In this document: in pieces, positions 9,856-18,966 of the stretch
Position numbering within the stretch: the stretch's first letter is position 1
How the letters are laid out: each line of letters starts with the position of its first letter
Assembly (NCBI GenBank): GCA_900549805.1
Contig: URPV01000001.1
Span: forward strand, 8,007-72,006
Direction: 5' to 3'
DNA: 64,000 nucleotides
Source of the DNA: an uncultured Veillonella sp.
GTDB taxonomy: Bacteria > Bacillota > Negativicutes > Veillonellales > Veillonellaceae
The notes under the pieces: model-generated
Databases searched by the model: none
Told to the model about the DNA's origin: nothing
What the model saw: the letters and a program-made list of their open reading frames with translations, nothing else
Program-made: the position numbers and the translations under genes

Positions 9856-10667
9856 TGCTAGAAGTTAAATCCCTACAATTTGGTTATACCAAGGATAAAG
9901 ATGTCTTTTCTGACGTTAGCTTTACTATCGGAGAGGGCGAGTTCATAGCTATTGGTGGTTGTAATGGGTCAGGGAAAACGACCATTACACGCCTTTTGGT
10001 GGGCCTTGAAAAGCCTAAGTCTGGCCATATTATCTACAAGGGCCAGGACATTACCCAAGCCCCTCCTAGTGAGCGGGGCCAGTACATTGGCTATGTATTC
10101 CAACAACCAGACCGACAAATGTTTCGTCCCACAGTTGTGCAAGAGGTAGCCTTCGGTCCAGAAACTATGGGATTATCACCGGATGATACTAGACGGGTTG
10201 TGGAGGCTGCCCTCGAACGGACTGGTATTGGCCCTTTGGCCGGTCAGTATCCACCGACCCTTCGTCGGGGGGATAAGCAGCGGGTGGCTATCGCTTCTGC
10301 CTTAGCTATGAATCCACAGATATTGATCTTGGATGAACCTACATCAGGTCAGGATGGGCGGGAAAAACGGGAACTCATGGAACTGTTGGAAGCCCTTAAC
10401 AAGGAAGGGGTTACCATTCTCCTCATCACACATGACATGGAAATCATGGCGGCCCACTGCAAGCGGGCCATTATTATGGGCAACCAAACCAAGGCCTTTG
10501 ATGGGACTCCAGAAGAACTCTTTACGAATCATTCCGACCAAGAACTCTTGGCTATGGGCCTCACCCGGCCGGCTTGTGTCAGCCTGTCGGCCTCCATCCC
10601 TGGTTTCGGCTATTGTGCCTCCATGGATGAATTCACTGCGTCTATGATTGAAAAATTTGGTAAATAA
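9855..10667 (+). CDS. ECF transporter ATPase (EcfA')
   Basis: GCNGSGKTT, VFQQPDRQMF, variant signature LRRGDKQR, LDEPTSGQD. Confidence 0.88.
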   Translation: MLEVKSLQFGYTKDKDVFSDVSFTIGEGEFIAIGGCNGSGKTTITRLLVGLEKPKSGHIIYKGQDITQAPPSERGQYIGYVFQQPDRQMFRPTVVQEVAFGPETMGLSPDDTRRVVEAALERTGIGPLAGQYPPTLRRGDKQRVAIASALAMNPQILILDEPTSGQDGREKRELMELLEALNKEGVTILLITHDMEIMAAHCKRAIIMGNQTKAFDGTPEELFTNHSDQELLAMGLTRPACVSLSASIPGFGYCASMDEFTASMIEKFGK

Positions 10668-10676
10668 GGAGGACCT

Positions 10677-11339
10677 ATGGAACGTTTAGTACCGATTACA
10701 AAAATCTTCATAACCCTTCTTATTTCCGCTTGGGCAATTTTTTTGAAAGACTGGCATCACTTGCTGATTTTAGCCCTAGTAGAATTGGCTTTCTTGGCCT
10801 TTACGACCATCCTCTATAAGCAACGGAAGGCCATTTTAGGCCTGGCCTTTTTTGCGGCTGTTCTGGCGGTTATCCAATGGTTGGTGTCTGGTCAATGGGA
10901 ATCAGCTATCGTCGTAGGGGGCCGTATGCTCTGCATGACTCTTTTTTTTGTCATGCTTTTGACGACTACTAAGTTGCAGGATTTGACGGCCACATTGGTG
11001 CTCCAATGTAAGATGCCTTATACCTATGCCTTCATGTTCACGGCGGCCCTTCGATTTGTACCTGATTTTATCGCTGAAAGTCGGGCCGTACAAGAAGCTC
11101 AATCTTGTCGTGGTCTCTCTATGGAGGGTAATATCTTTAAGAAGTGCAAGTCCTATGCGACAGTTATTCAACCACTTCTCTTAAAATCTTTATCCAAATC
11201 TGAGAACATGGCTCTCTCCTTGGAATTGAGAGGGTTTGGTCGCAAGGGACACTCCTTTGCTACCTCCGTTAAGCCGGGCAGCTTGGATTATGCCATTATG
11301 GCAATTTTAATTGCCCTGACCGCTTATCTCATGCTCTAA
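10677..11339 (+). CDS. ECF transporter T component (EcfT/CbiQ-like)
   Basis: ALRFVP, AQSCRG and LELRGF coupling-helix motifs. Confidence 0.88.
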   Translation: MERLVPITKIFITLLISAWAIFLKDWHHLLILALVELAFLAFTTILYKQRKAILGLAFFAAVLAVIQWLVSGQWESAIVVGGRMLCMTLFFVMLLTTTKLQDLTATLVLQCKMPYTYAFMFTAALRFVPDFIAESRAVQEAQSCRGLSMEGNIFKKCKSYATVIQPLLLKSLSKSENMALSLELRGFGRKGHSFATSVKPGSLDYAIMAILIALTAYLML

Positions 11340-11352
11340 GCATCACATATAT

Positions 11353-11424
11353 AAAGCCTAGAAGGTCTAGCTTTCACACGCCTATTTGTTTCTTTGGTAG
11401 TGAAAACTATGCCTTCTAGGCTTT
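11353..11424. terminator. long compound inverted repeat, probable terminator of the ECF operon
   Basis: AAAGCCTAGAAGG ... CCTTCTAGGCTTT outer stem with an inner TAGCTTTCAC/GTGAAAACTA stem. Confidence 0.55.
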
Positions 11425-11465
11425 TATGCTATAATTAAGGCATTATGATAGAAGGAGAAAAGTCA

Positions 11466-11966
11466 GTGTCTAAGATTGTAATTCGACGTGGGCAAAAGGC
11501 TGATATTCCAGCCCTCTTGGATATTTATAACTATGAAGTCCTCCATGGTGTGGCAACCCTGGATTTGGAACCGCGTACTTTGGATGAGTGGACCCTTTGG
11601 TATGAGGCCCACAATGTGGATAATCATCCCCTCTATGTGGCTGAGCTAGATGGACAAGTGGCAGGTTATGCCAGCCTATCTGCCTACCGGACCAAGGAGG
11701 CCTACCAGTCTACCGTTGAATTGTCTGTCTATATAGGGCCTGACTACCGCCGTAAGGGTATCGCCTCTAAGTTAATGGAAAGTATTCTTGAAGAGGGGCG
11801 CCGAGATGATCGAACGCACCTCATCGTCTCTGTCATCACCGCTGGGAATGAAGCCAGTGAACGATTACACGAAGCCTTCGGCTTTGAATATGTAGGTACT
11901 CTTAGGGAAGTGGGTATCAAGCAGGGACACTATAGGGATACTGTTGAGTATGCCCTCTATGTCTAA
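11466..11966 (+). CDS. GNAT acetyltransferase (phosphinothricin/methionine-sulfoximine acetyltransferase family)
   Basis: DIYNYEV, ELSVYI, RRKGIA, NEASERLHEAFGF, EVGIK motifs. GTG start after AAGGAG (the ORF track opens at 11445). Confidence 0.85.
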   Translation: MSKIVIRRGQKADIPALLDIYNYEVLHGVATLDLEPRTLDEWTLWYEAHNVDNHPLYVAELDGQVAGYASLSAYRTKEAYQSTVELSVYIGPDYRRKGIASKLMESILEEGRRDDRTHLIVSVITAGNEASERLHEAFGFEYVGTLREVGIKQGHYRDTVEYALYV

Positions 11967-12010
11967 GTATAGGGAGTTTTGTGTGGGCCTTTGAGCCCAA
12001 GGGAGTTTTT

Positions 12011-12928
12011 ATGAAAGGTACTAGGGAAGCAGAAGTCTTTGGCATCAATCGCTACCGCAATCGGCGGGTGGATGGTCATGTCCATACGGAGTTGTGCCCT
12101 CATGGGTCAGGGGATAAGACGGCCCTCATGGTGGAAAAAGCCATTGAACTGCATTTAGAAAAAATCTGCTTTACCGAGCACGCACCTTTGCCAGTCGAGT
12201 TCAGTAAGGTCTATTTAGGGGACAAGAAGGCGCTAGATACAGCAGCCCTTACCTTGGACCAGGTAGAGACCTATCTGGCCTTGGGTAATGACCTACAAAA
12301 GGAATACGGCGAAGCCATTGATATTTCCTTAGGTTTTGAAGTAGATTACCTGCCTGGCTTTGAATCCTACACTAGGTCCTTCCTAGACCAATATGGGCCT
12401 GTGACGGGGGATAATATCCTATCCCTTCACTTCATGGAGGGCATGGCTGGTGGTTACTGGTGTCTAGACTATAGCCCTCAGGAATTTGAAAACGCCTTTG
12501 GTCCTTGGATCGATCAGCAAGACCTTCTTTACGGTCGCTATTTTGAGACCCTCCTCAAGGGCGTCAGGACGGACTTTGGCCCCTATAGGCCTAAACGTAT
12601 TGGCCATCTAGATAGTATCAAGAAATTCAATCGCTACTTCCATTGGAAGCCAGCTTTAGATGACAAGTCTAAGGGGCTAGTTTTGGAAATTCTCCGTACT
12701 CTTAAGAGTCAAGGACGGGAATTAGACTATAATTTGGCCGGTCTATCCAAGGAATATTGTCGGGAGGTCTACCCAAGCCGCTATATCCAAGGCATGGCCT
12801 ATGTGCTTGGCCTGCCCTATGTGGTAGGGTCTGATGCCCATAGCATCTTAGATCTCCAGAAAACATGGGGTCCGGGGGCAGCCATTTTGGATGCCCAAGC
12901 AGAAGCCCATGAAGAGGGAGACGCATAG
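12011..12928 (+). CDS. hisJ: histidinol-phosphatase, PHP family
   Basis: DGHVHTELCPHG, FTEHAPLP, GFEVDY, LSLH, GHLD, GSDAH. Confidence 0.85.
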   Translation: MKGTREAEVFGINRYRNRRVDGHVHTELCPHGSGDKTALMVEKAIELHLEKICFTEHAPLPVEFSKVYLGDKKALDTAALTLDQVETYLALGNDLQKEYGEAIDISLGFEVDYLPGFESYTRSFLDQYGPVTGDNILSLHFMEGMAGGYWCLDYSPQEFENAFGPWIDQQDLLYGRYFETLLKGVRTDFGPYRPKRIGHLDSIKKFNRYFHWKPALDDKSKGLVLEILRTLKSQGRELDYNLAGLSKEYCREVYPSRYIQGMAYVLGLPYVVGSDAHSILDLQKTWGPGAAILDAQAEAHEEGDA

Positions 12929-12938
12929 ATTATTAACT

Positions 12939-12987
12939 AAAAAAGGACCTAAGAGCCCACACTTGGTGTTGGTTCTTAGGTCCTTTT
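12939..12987. terminator. bidirectional terminator between hisJ and queF
   Basis: AAAAGGACCTAAGAGCC ... GGTTCTTAGGTCCTTTT between convergent genes. Confidence 0.75.
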
Positions 12988-12991
12988 GTAA

Positions 12992-13489
12992 TTAGCGATA
13001 GGCCACCCTTTCTGGTTGCATATCGTGGAAATGAAGGCGTTCTTTTGCCGTCTTCTCCCAGTCTGTACCTGGTTTGCCATAGTTGGCATAAGGGTCGATG
13101 GAGAGTCCTCCTCGTGGGGTGAATTTGCCCCACACTTCGATGTACTTAGGGTCCATGAGTTTAATCAAATCTTTCATGATGATATTGATACAGTCCTCGT
13201 GGAAGTCCCCATGGTTGCGGAAGGAGAACAGGTAGAGTTTGAGTGATTTGGACTCTACCATCTTTTGATCCGGTACATAGGAAATGTAGATAGTGGCAAA
13301 GTCCGGTTGCCCTGTCATAGGGCAGAGGGACGTAAATTCTGGACAGTTGAATTTAACGAAATAGTCGTTTTCTGGGTGTTTATTTTGGAAGGCCTCCAAT
13401 ACTTGGGGGGCGTAATCTGTTGGGTAGTCTGTGGTATGGCCAAGGGCGTGAACGCCGGCTAATTCTTCTGTACTGCGACCGCTGCTCAT
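12992..13489 (-). CDS. queF: preQ0 reductase (NADPH-dependent 7-cyano-7-deazaguanine reductase)
   Basis: [50 protein letters not shown] before ATG 13489. Confidence 0.96.
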   Translation of the reverse strand: MSSGRSTEELAGVHALGHTTDYPTDYAPQVLEAFQNKHPENDYFVKFNCPEFTSLCPMTGQPDFATIYISYVPDQKMVESKSLKLYLFSFRNHGDFHEDCINIIMKDLIKLMDPKYIEVWGKFTPRGGLSIDPYANYGKPGTDWEKTAKERLHFHDMQPERVAYR

Positions 13490-13593
13490 GATAACCTCGC
13501 TTGTCAATTTTATCCTATAGTATAATACTAATATCTACTTAATTATAGACTATTCTCTAGGAAGTGACTAGGCGATGGAAGGAGGGGACGAGG

Positions 13594-14244
13594 ATGTTTG
13601 TAATGACCCTATTAGCCTGTGTTTTGGGGCTAGAGGTATCCTTCCAGCCAGAGGTACGGGTCAAGGGAGACCTTTTTAACCGGAGAGGAAGGGGCTATAT
13701 ATTTGCTAGCCTCCTCTTTATGATTCTTTTGGCCCTTTTTATGACCTGGATTTCTATCTTCTTGGCCCAGTCCATTCAGGTCTTGAACTACATGTATGAT
13801 TGTAGTCAGCTGATCACAGTCGTAGCCATTTCTCTTTTGCTTATAGGGGCCCTTCAACTAGGGGGGGTGATTGCCTTTAGTCATCCTTTGCGCCAGGAGG
13901 CAGCTGGTTTAAAGCCGTCCTATAGATGGGCAGAAGGTCGCCTGTGGGCGCCTCTTTTCTTTGTGTTGGACCTCTGGCGGACCCTCTGGCCCTATCTTCT
14001 CTGGATTGGGGTCAGCCAAGTTTTGCTTTGGTTAGATCCGGCCTATGCTCGGACTGGCTTCCTGTTTACTAGCTTAGGCGCCTTCTTTTTGGGACTTTGG
14101 ATGGGCTTGGCCATGCGAGCTGTAGACCTCGCTTGGCGGACAGCCTTAGAAGCCATCTATGATAGGCCATCTTTAGTTACGGGTAACCGCCTAGTGGTGG
14201 CCATTATAGGTTTGGAAATCCTCTACCTCTTGGTTTCTCTATAG
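13594..14244 (+). CDS. hypothetical multi-pass membrane protein
   Basis: About six hydrophobic segments, GGAGG/GAGG upstream of ATG 13594, no family recognised. Confidence 0.65.
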   Translation: MFVMTLLACVLGLEVSFQPEVRVKGDLFNRRGRGYIFASLLFMILLALFMTWISIFLAQSIQVLNYMYDCSQLITVVAISLLLIGALQLGGVIAFSHPLRQEAAGLKPSYRWAEGRLWAPLFFVLDLWRTLWPYLLWIGVSQVLLWLDPAYARTGFLFTSLGAFFLGLWMGLAMRAVDLAWRTALEAIYDRPSLVTGNRLVVAIIGLEILYLLVSL

Positions 14245-14345
14245 AGGTGTAACTTAGGGGGCTGTGAGTTGACCTGGGTCTAGTCAACATACTACAATGA
14301 CAGTATATACATGATAATTGTAGCCATTTGGGCTGAGAGGCAGCT

Positions 14346-14939
14346 ATGAATCAACTGTGGTCCAAAATTAAATACAATATTCAACGGGTAATGGACTCTG
14401 ATCCAGCGGCTACGTCTGTCCTTATGGTCCTCTGGACCTACCCTCATATGACAGCCCTCTTTTGGCACTTCTTTGCTCACCGCCTCTACAAGGCCGGTTG
14501 GAAGCTCTTGGCTCGGCGGATTTCCCTCCATGCGCGAAGGGTGACGGGTATTGAAATCCATCCAGGAGCTACTATAGGTAAAGGCCTTTTCATTGACCAT
14601 GGGATGGGGGTTGTTATCGGTGAAACGACCATCGTAGGGGATAATGTAACCCTCTTTCACCAAGTGACCCTAGGGGGCATGTCTTCCAAGCGGGAAAAGC
14701 GCCATCCTACCATAGAGGATAATGTTCTCATCGGCACGGGGACCAAGATCCTAGGTGATATCACCATAGGCAAGAATACTAAAATTGGCTGTAACCTAGT
14801 TATCAAGCATGACATTCCAGCGGATATGGTAGTCTTTGAAACCGACCCTGAAAACATGTACGTTCGCCGGTCCCGAGGGCAAGGTCATCCGAATAAGACG
14901 GCAGAGGTAGAAGAGCCCTATATCGAATATTACATCTAG
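14346..14939 (+). CDS. cysE: serine O-acetyltransferase
   Basis: [39 protein letters not shown] hexapeptide-repeat motifs. Confidence 0.93.
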   Translation: MNQLWSKIKYNIQRVMDSDPAATSVLMVLWTYPHMTALFWHFFAHRLYKAGWKLLARRISLHARRVTGIEIHPGATIGKGLFIDHGMGVVIGETTIVGDNVTLFHQVTLGGMSSKREKRHPTIEDNVLIGTGTKILGDITIGKNTKIGCNLVIKHDIPADMVVFETDPENMYVRRSRGQGHPNKTAEVEEPYIEYYI

Positions 14940-14961
14940 GATGCCTAAGGGCATCCTTTTT
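14938..14961 (+). terminator. intrinsic terminator after cysE
   Basis: AGGATGCC-taag-GGCATCCT then T-run. Confidence 0.7.
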
Positions 14962-14971
14962 GTATCCTATG

Positions 14972-15000
14972 TTGACAGGCTAGGGGGCTCATGATACTAT
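14972..15000 (+). promoter_or_regulatory. sigma-A promoter of tRNA-Ser
   Basis: TTGACA-17 nt-TACTAT with extended TG. Confidence 0.75.
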
Positions 15001-15015
15001 TATCCAGTAAAGCTT

Positions 15016-15106
15016 GGAGAATTACTCAAGAGGCTGAAGAGGACGGTTTGCTAAATCGTTAGGTCGGGTTACCGGCGCTAGGGTTCGAATCCCTAATTCT
15101 CCGCCA
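15016..15106 (+). tRNA. tRNA-Ser (GCT)
   Basis: GGAGAAT/ATTCTCC acceptor stem, anticodon arm ACGGT-ttGCTaa-ATCGT, long variable arm, GTTCGAATCC T-loop, encoded GCCA end. Confidence 0.97.
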
Positions 15107-15111
15107 TAGTC

Positions 15112-15150
15112 AAAGAGGTCTGATGGAAATCCATCAGGCCTCTTTTGTTT
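15112..15150 (+). terminator. intrinsic terminator after tRNA-Ser
   Basis: AAAGAGGTCTGATGG-aaat-CCATCAGGCCTCTTT then T-rich tail. Confidence 0.8.
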
Positions 15151-15218
15151 ATAATTTGGTTAGGCCCCTATGATAAAATGGTCTTATCCTACTATAGATT
15201 TATTACGAGGTAATAATT

Positions 15219-16019
15219 ATGGTTAACGCTAGATATAAAAAAGTCATTCTCTTAGGTGCTCTGCTGGCTTCCCTATCCTTGGGCTCAGCTATGGCAGCGT
15301 CCTATGATGATATCGTGCCAGCAGGCGATTGGACCTATGAGTCTATCAATACCTTGGTCAAGCATGATGCCCTGACTGATACCAAGGGTATCAAGACAGA
15401 TGGGTCTGTCCAATATACCCGTGGTCAATTGGCTCCTCTCATGGCCTATATCACTAAGGAGCGGGAGCATATGAATGATACTGATAAGGAAATTGCTCTC
15501 AAGCTCTACCAAGCCTACAAGGATGAGGTCTTGGCCTACAATGTAGCAGAAACTAAACGAGAAAAGGCTTTGGCTCAGGAAAAGAAAGATCATAAGGATC
15601 TGGTTAAAAAATTAGATAAAAAGCGGACAAAGGCGGAAAAGGAAGCGGCTAAGGCCGAGCAAAAAGCTGCTAAAGAAGCTCAAAAGGCGGCTCATAAGTC
15701 CAAGAAAAAAGAAGAGACTAGACCAGCTGGTCCTGCCCCAGCGGTTATCAATGATGTCTACTATGGCGCCGTTAACCCACCGGCTCAATTACAACCAATT
15801 GCGCCTCCTGACGCGGCCCAAGAGGTGACTTATGACAATGAAAAACCAGAAGAAGTGGCCCTGACACCGGAACAAATCCAAGAAAAGATGAAGCACTTCA
15901 AGGTGGATACCTCCCCGTTACAGGTCGGTGGTGATGTCCGTGTTCGTACCCAAGGGACTAAGGGCGGTAAATCCAAGACCGATGGTAAGGCTAATGTAGA
16001 AATGGCTATGACCTGGTAA
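15219..16019 (+). CDS. exported SLH-domain protein, OmpM-like N-terminus but with only a short C-terminal beta-hairpin
   Basis: Signal peptide (AMA/A), SLH-like DIVPAGDWTYESINTL...TRGQLA, K/A/E-rich helix, Pro-rich linker, C-terminal LQVGGDVRVR...ANVEMAMTW. Confidence 0.7.
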   Translation: MVNARYKKVILLGALLASLSLGSAMAASYDDIVPAGDWTYESINTLVKHDALTDTKGIKTDGSVQYTRGQLAPLMAYITKEREHMNDTDKEIALKLYQAYKDEVLAYNVAETKREKALAQEKKDHKDLVKKLDKKRTKAEKEAAKAEQKAAKEAQKAAHKSKKKEETRPAGPAPAVINDVYYGAVNPPAQLQPIAPPDAAQEVTYDNEKPEEVALTPEQIQEKMKHFKVDTSPLQVGGDVRVRTQGTKGGKSKTDGKANVEMAMTW

Positions 16020-16035
16020 GAGTTGAGGTGTGTGT

Positions 16036-17295
16036 ATGTGGAATTACCTTACAAGACAGCTCTTTACTGTCCATCAGGAGGGGCGGACTCACGTCAATGA
16101 CTTCCTCAAATTTGTAGGGCCTGGGATATTAGTGACGGTAGGCTTTATCGATCCTGGTAACTGGGCGGCTAATTTGGCTGCCGGTGCCCAGTTTGGGTAT
16201 GACCTCCTTTGGGTGGTCTCTCTGTCTACCATCATGCTTATTGTGCTCCAGCATAATGTGGCCCATCTGGGCATCGTTCGGGGCCAATGCCTGTCGGAGT
16301 GCGCTCATGAATTTTTACCGGCCTGGCTATCCTGGCCAGTTCTATCCACTGCTGGGTTAGCCGCGGCAGCCACGACTTTGGCGGAGTTTATCGGCTCTGC
16401 CATAGCCCTCAAGATGCTCTTTTCCATTCCCCTGGTCATAGGGGCTATATTGACTTGTCTTGTTTGTACTATTCTCTTGGTGACTAATTCCTACCGGCGG
16501 CTAGAACGGATTATAGCTGGCTTCGTATCACTCATTGCCCTGGCCTATATTGTGGAGCTATGCCTAGTGGATGTCTCTTGGCCGGCAGCTACCATGGCTT
16601 GGGTGGACCCGAAGCTACCTAACGAATCCATGCTGGTAGTCCTCTCCATTTTGGGGGCTGTCATCATGCCCCATAATCTCTTCCTCCACTCGGAAATCAT
16701 CCAGAGTCGACAGTTGAATAAGGCTGATAAGGCTACTATTAAAAAGCACTTACGCTTTGAATTTTTGGATACCCTCCTATCTATGGGAGTGGGCTGGCTT
16801 ATCAATTCGGCTATGATCATCTTGGCGGCGGCCACTTTCTTTGTGGTGGGACAACCGGTGACGGAGTTAGAACAGGCGGAAGCCCTCCTGAGCCCACTCA
16901 TTGGCCCTTGGGCAGGAACCCTCTTCGCCTTGGCTCTCCTCTTTGCAGGGATTGCATCATCCGCTACAGCGGGTATGGCAGGGGCCTCCATCTTTGCTGG
17001 TATGTGGGGCGAATCCTACGATATGAAAGACTTTCACAGTCGTCTGGGTCTGGCCCTAACCTTTGTGCCGGCCCTAGCCCTCATATTCTTTGTTAGTGAT
17101 TCCTTTACAGCCCTCCTTTGGTCTCAAATGTTCTTGAGCCTCCAATTGCCTATTACCATTTTCTTGCAGCTCTATATGACGTCTAGCAAGAAAATCATGG
17201 GGGATTATGTTAATCACCGCTATACTTCCATTCTCCTTTGGGGGATTGGGATTTTTGTAACCCTCTTAAACTTGTATTTGTTGTTTGAATCATAA
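16036..17295 (+). CDS. mntH: Nramp family divalent metal transporter
   Basis: GFIDPGNW (TM1) and GAVIMPHNLFLHS (TM6) signatures. Confidence 0.9.
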   Translation: MWNYLTRQLFTVHQEGRTHVNDFLKFVGPGILVTVGFIDPGNWAANLAAGAQFGYDLLWVVSLSTIMLIVLQHNVAHLGIVRGQCLSECAHEFLPAWLSWPVLSTAGLAAAATTLAEFIGSAIALKMLFSIPLVIGAILTCLVCTILLVTNSYRRLERIIAGFVSLIALAYIVELCLVDVSWPAATMAWVDPKLPNESMLVVLSILGAVIMPHNLFLHSEIIQSRQLNKADKATIKKHLRFEFLDTLLSMGVGWLINSAMIILAAATFFVVGQPVTELEQAEALLSPLIGPWAGTLFALALLFAGIASSATAGMAGASIFAGMWGESYDMKDFHSRLGLALTFVPALALIFFVSDSFTALLWSQMFLSLQLPITIFLQLYMTSSKKIMGDYVNHRYTSILLWGIGIFVTLLNLYLLFES

Positions 17296-17303
17296 GGGAT
17301 CCT

Positions 17304-18428
17304 ATGACAGTTGATGATATTTTACAGAAGGACCTTCTGGGCGACCAATGGCTCACAGAAGAAGAACTTCGCTTCCTCATGTCCGTTACCAATGAGGACG
17401 ACTTACAAAAAATATATAAAAAGGCCTACCAGGTGAAAGCCAAGTTTGTAGAGCCTGTAGCTTATTACCGGGGCCTCATCGAGTTCTCCAACCGTTGTAT
17501 CAAGAATTGTAAGTACTGCGGTATACGCCGTGATAATGACAAGGTAGATCGCTTTGATATGTCCTATGAGGATATCATCAAGATGGCTCAGTGGGCCTAC
17601 GACCACGAGTACGGGTCTATCACCCTGCAATCAGGGGAGCGGTCCGACCAAGAGTTCGTGGATTATGTAGTAGACCTTATCAAGGATATTAAGAAGATCG
17701 GCGATGGGTCCTTGGGCATTACCATGTGCGTTGGGGAGCAATCGGAGGAATCCTACCGCCGTATGGTGGAAGCAGGCGCCTCCCGCTACCTCCTTCGCAT
17801 TGAGACCACCAATCCTGACCTCTATCATAAAATCCATCCGCGCGATGACTTGCATTCCTTTGAGACGCGGGTAGAATGCCTCAAGCGCTGCCGCAAGGTG
17901 GGTTTCCAAGTAGGGACTGGTGTTATGATTGGCCTTCCTGGACAGACAGAAGAAGATCTGGTTAATGATATTCTTTTCTACCGGGATATGGATATCGACA
18001 TGATTGGCATGGGCCCTTATGTGGTTCACCACGATACGCCGCTGGGGCAGGAAGCACTAGCTATGGGCCTAGATTCCAAGGTAGGTAAAGATCGACGGAT
18101 TCAGTTGGGACTTAAGATGATTGCCTTGACCCGTCTCTTTTTGAAGGACGTCAATATCGCTGCTACAACAGCCCTACAGGCCTTGGATCCCTTGGGTCGT
18201 GAAAAGGGCCTAGAAGCAGGGGCTAATATTCTCATGCCTATCATTACTATTCCGGAACATCGGGCTAAGTATCTTCTGTATGATAATAAGCCTTGTGTGG
18301 ATGACAATGCAGACAAGTGTAAGGATTGTCTGACTCGCCGAGTTATGTCCATCGGCGATCGGGTAGGTTGGAAGGAGAATGGGGACTCTAAGCACTTCTT
18401 CAAGCGACAAAAAAATAATAAGGCATGA
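17304..18428 (+). CDS. hydE: radical SAM protein, [FeFe]-hydrogenase maturase HydE family
   Basis: RGLIEFSNRCIKNCKYCGIR, LQSGE, YLLRIET, MIGLPGQT, ATTAL, YLLYDNK, C-terminal Cx7Cx2C. Confidence 0.8.
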   Translation: MTVDDILQKDLLGDQWLTEEELRFLMSVTNEDDLQKIYKKAYQVKAKFVEPVAYYRGLIEFSNRCIKNCKYCGIRRDNDKVDRFDMSYEDIIKMAQWAYDHEYGSITLQSGERSDQEFVDYVVDLIKDIKKIGDGSLGITMCVGEQSEESYRRMVEAGASRYLLRIETTNPDLYHKIHPRDDLHSFETRVECLKRCRKVGFQVGTGVMIGLPGQTEEDLVNDILFYRDMDIDMIGMGPYVVHHDTPLGQEALAMGLDSKVGKDRRIQLGLKMIALTRLFLKDVNIAATTALQALDPLGREKGLEAGANILMPIITIPEHRAKYLLYDNKPCVDDNADKCKDCLTRRVMSIGDRVGWKENGDSKHFFKRQKNNKA

Positions 18429-18484
18429 CCATGCTATAATGGGGCTAGACTATATTCTGTCATTTGTAGAGAAAGAGGCTGCTT

Positions 18485-18958
18485 ATGTTTTTCTCCAATA
18501 TCAATGTAGATTACAAGCACATTGGCTTGCCGGATGCCCTTGTACGGGCCTTGGATTACCTTAAAAATACAGATCTGAAGGCCATGGAAGCGGGTTCCTA
18601 TGAACTGGAAGCGGACCGGAAGATGTATGTAAATATCGATGTGGTTGATACGCGCTTATGGAAGGATACCAAGCCTGAATCTCATAAGGATTACATCGAT
18701 GTGCAGTTCATGATCGACGGGGAAGAGGACCAAGGGGCCTTTTCCTTAACGGGGACAGAAGTTCCTGCGGAATTTCACGCCGACCGGGATCTCTACTTTT
18801 ATGACAATAGCCGGGAAGATGAAGCAGAAGTGCAATTGACACCAGGTAATTACACGATCTTTTTCCCTACTGATGCCCATCGTCCTTTGATTGCTGTTAA
18901 CAAACCCATTCAAATTAAGAAGGCCGTTGTGAAAGTCCATATTTCCCTCTTGAAGTAG
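18485..18958 (+). CDS. YhcH/YjgK/YiaL family protein
   Basis: ESHKDYIDVQF, FFPTDAHRP, IKKAVVKV. Confidence 0.88.
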   Translation: MFFSNINVDYKHIGLPDALVRALDYLKNTDLKAMEAGSYELEADRKMYVNIDVVDTRLWKDTKPESHKDYIDVQFMIDGEEDQGAFSLTGTEVPAEFHADRDLYFYDNSREDEAEVQLTPGNYTIFFPTDAHRPLIAVNKPIQIKKAVVKVHISLLK

Positions 18959-18966
18959 GTCTCATA

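Noticed and set aside
13490..13593. Possible preQ1 riboswitch upstream of queF
   Set aside because: No preQ1 stem-loop or A-rich pseudoknot tail recognisable; the region looks like AT-rich divergent promoters.
15106..15220. tRNA-Ser 3' end as a possible integration site
   Set aside because: Followed directly by its terminator; no integrase or duplicated att sequence seen.
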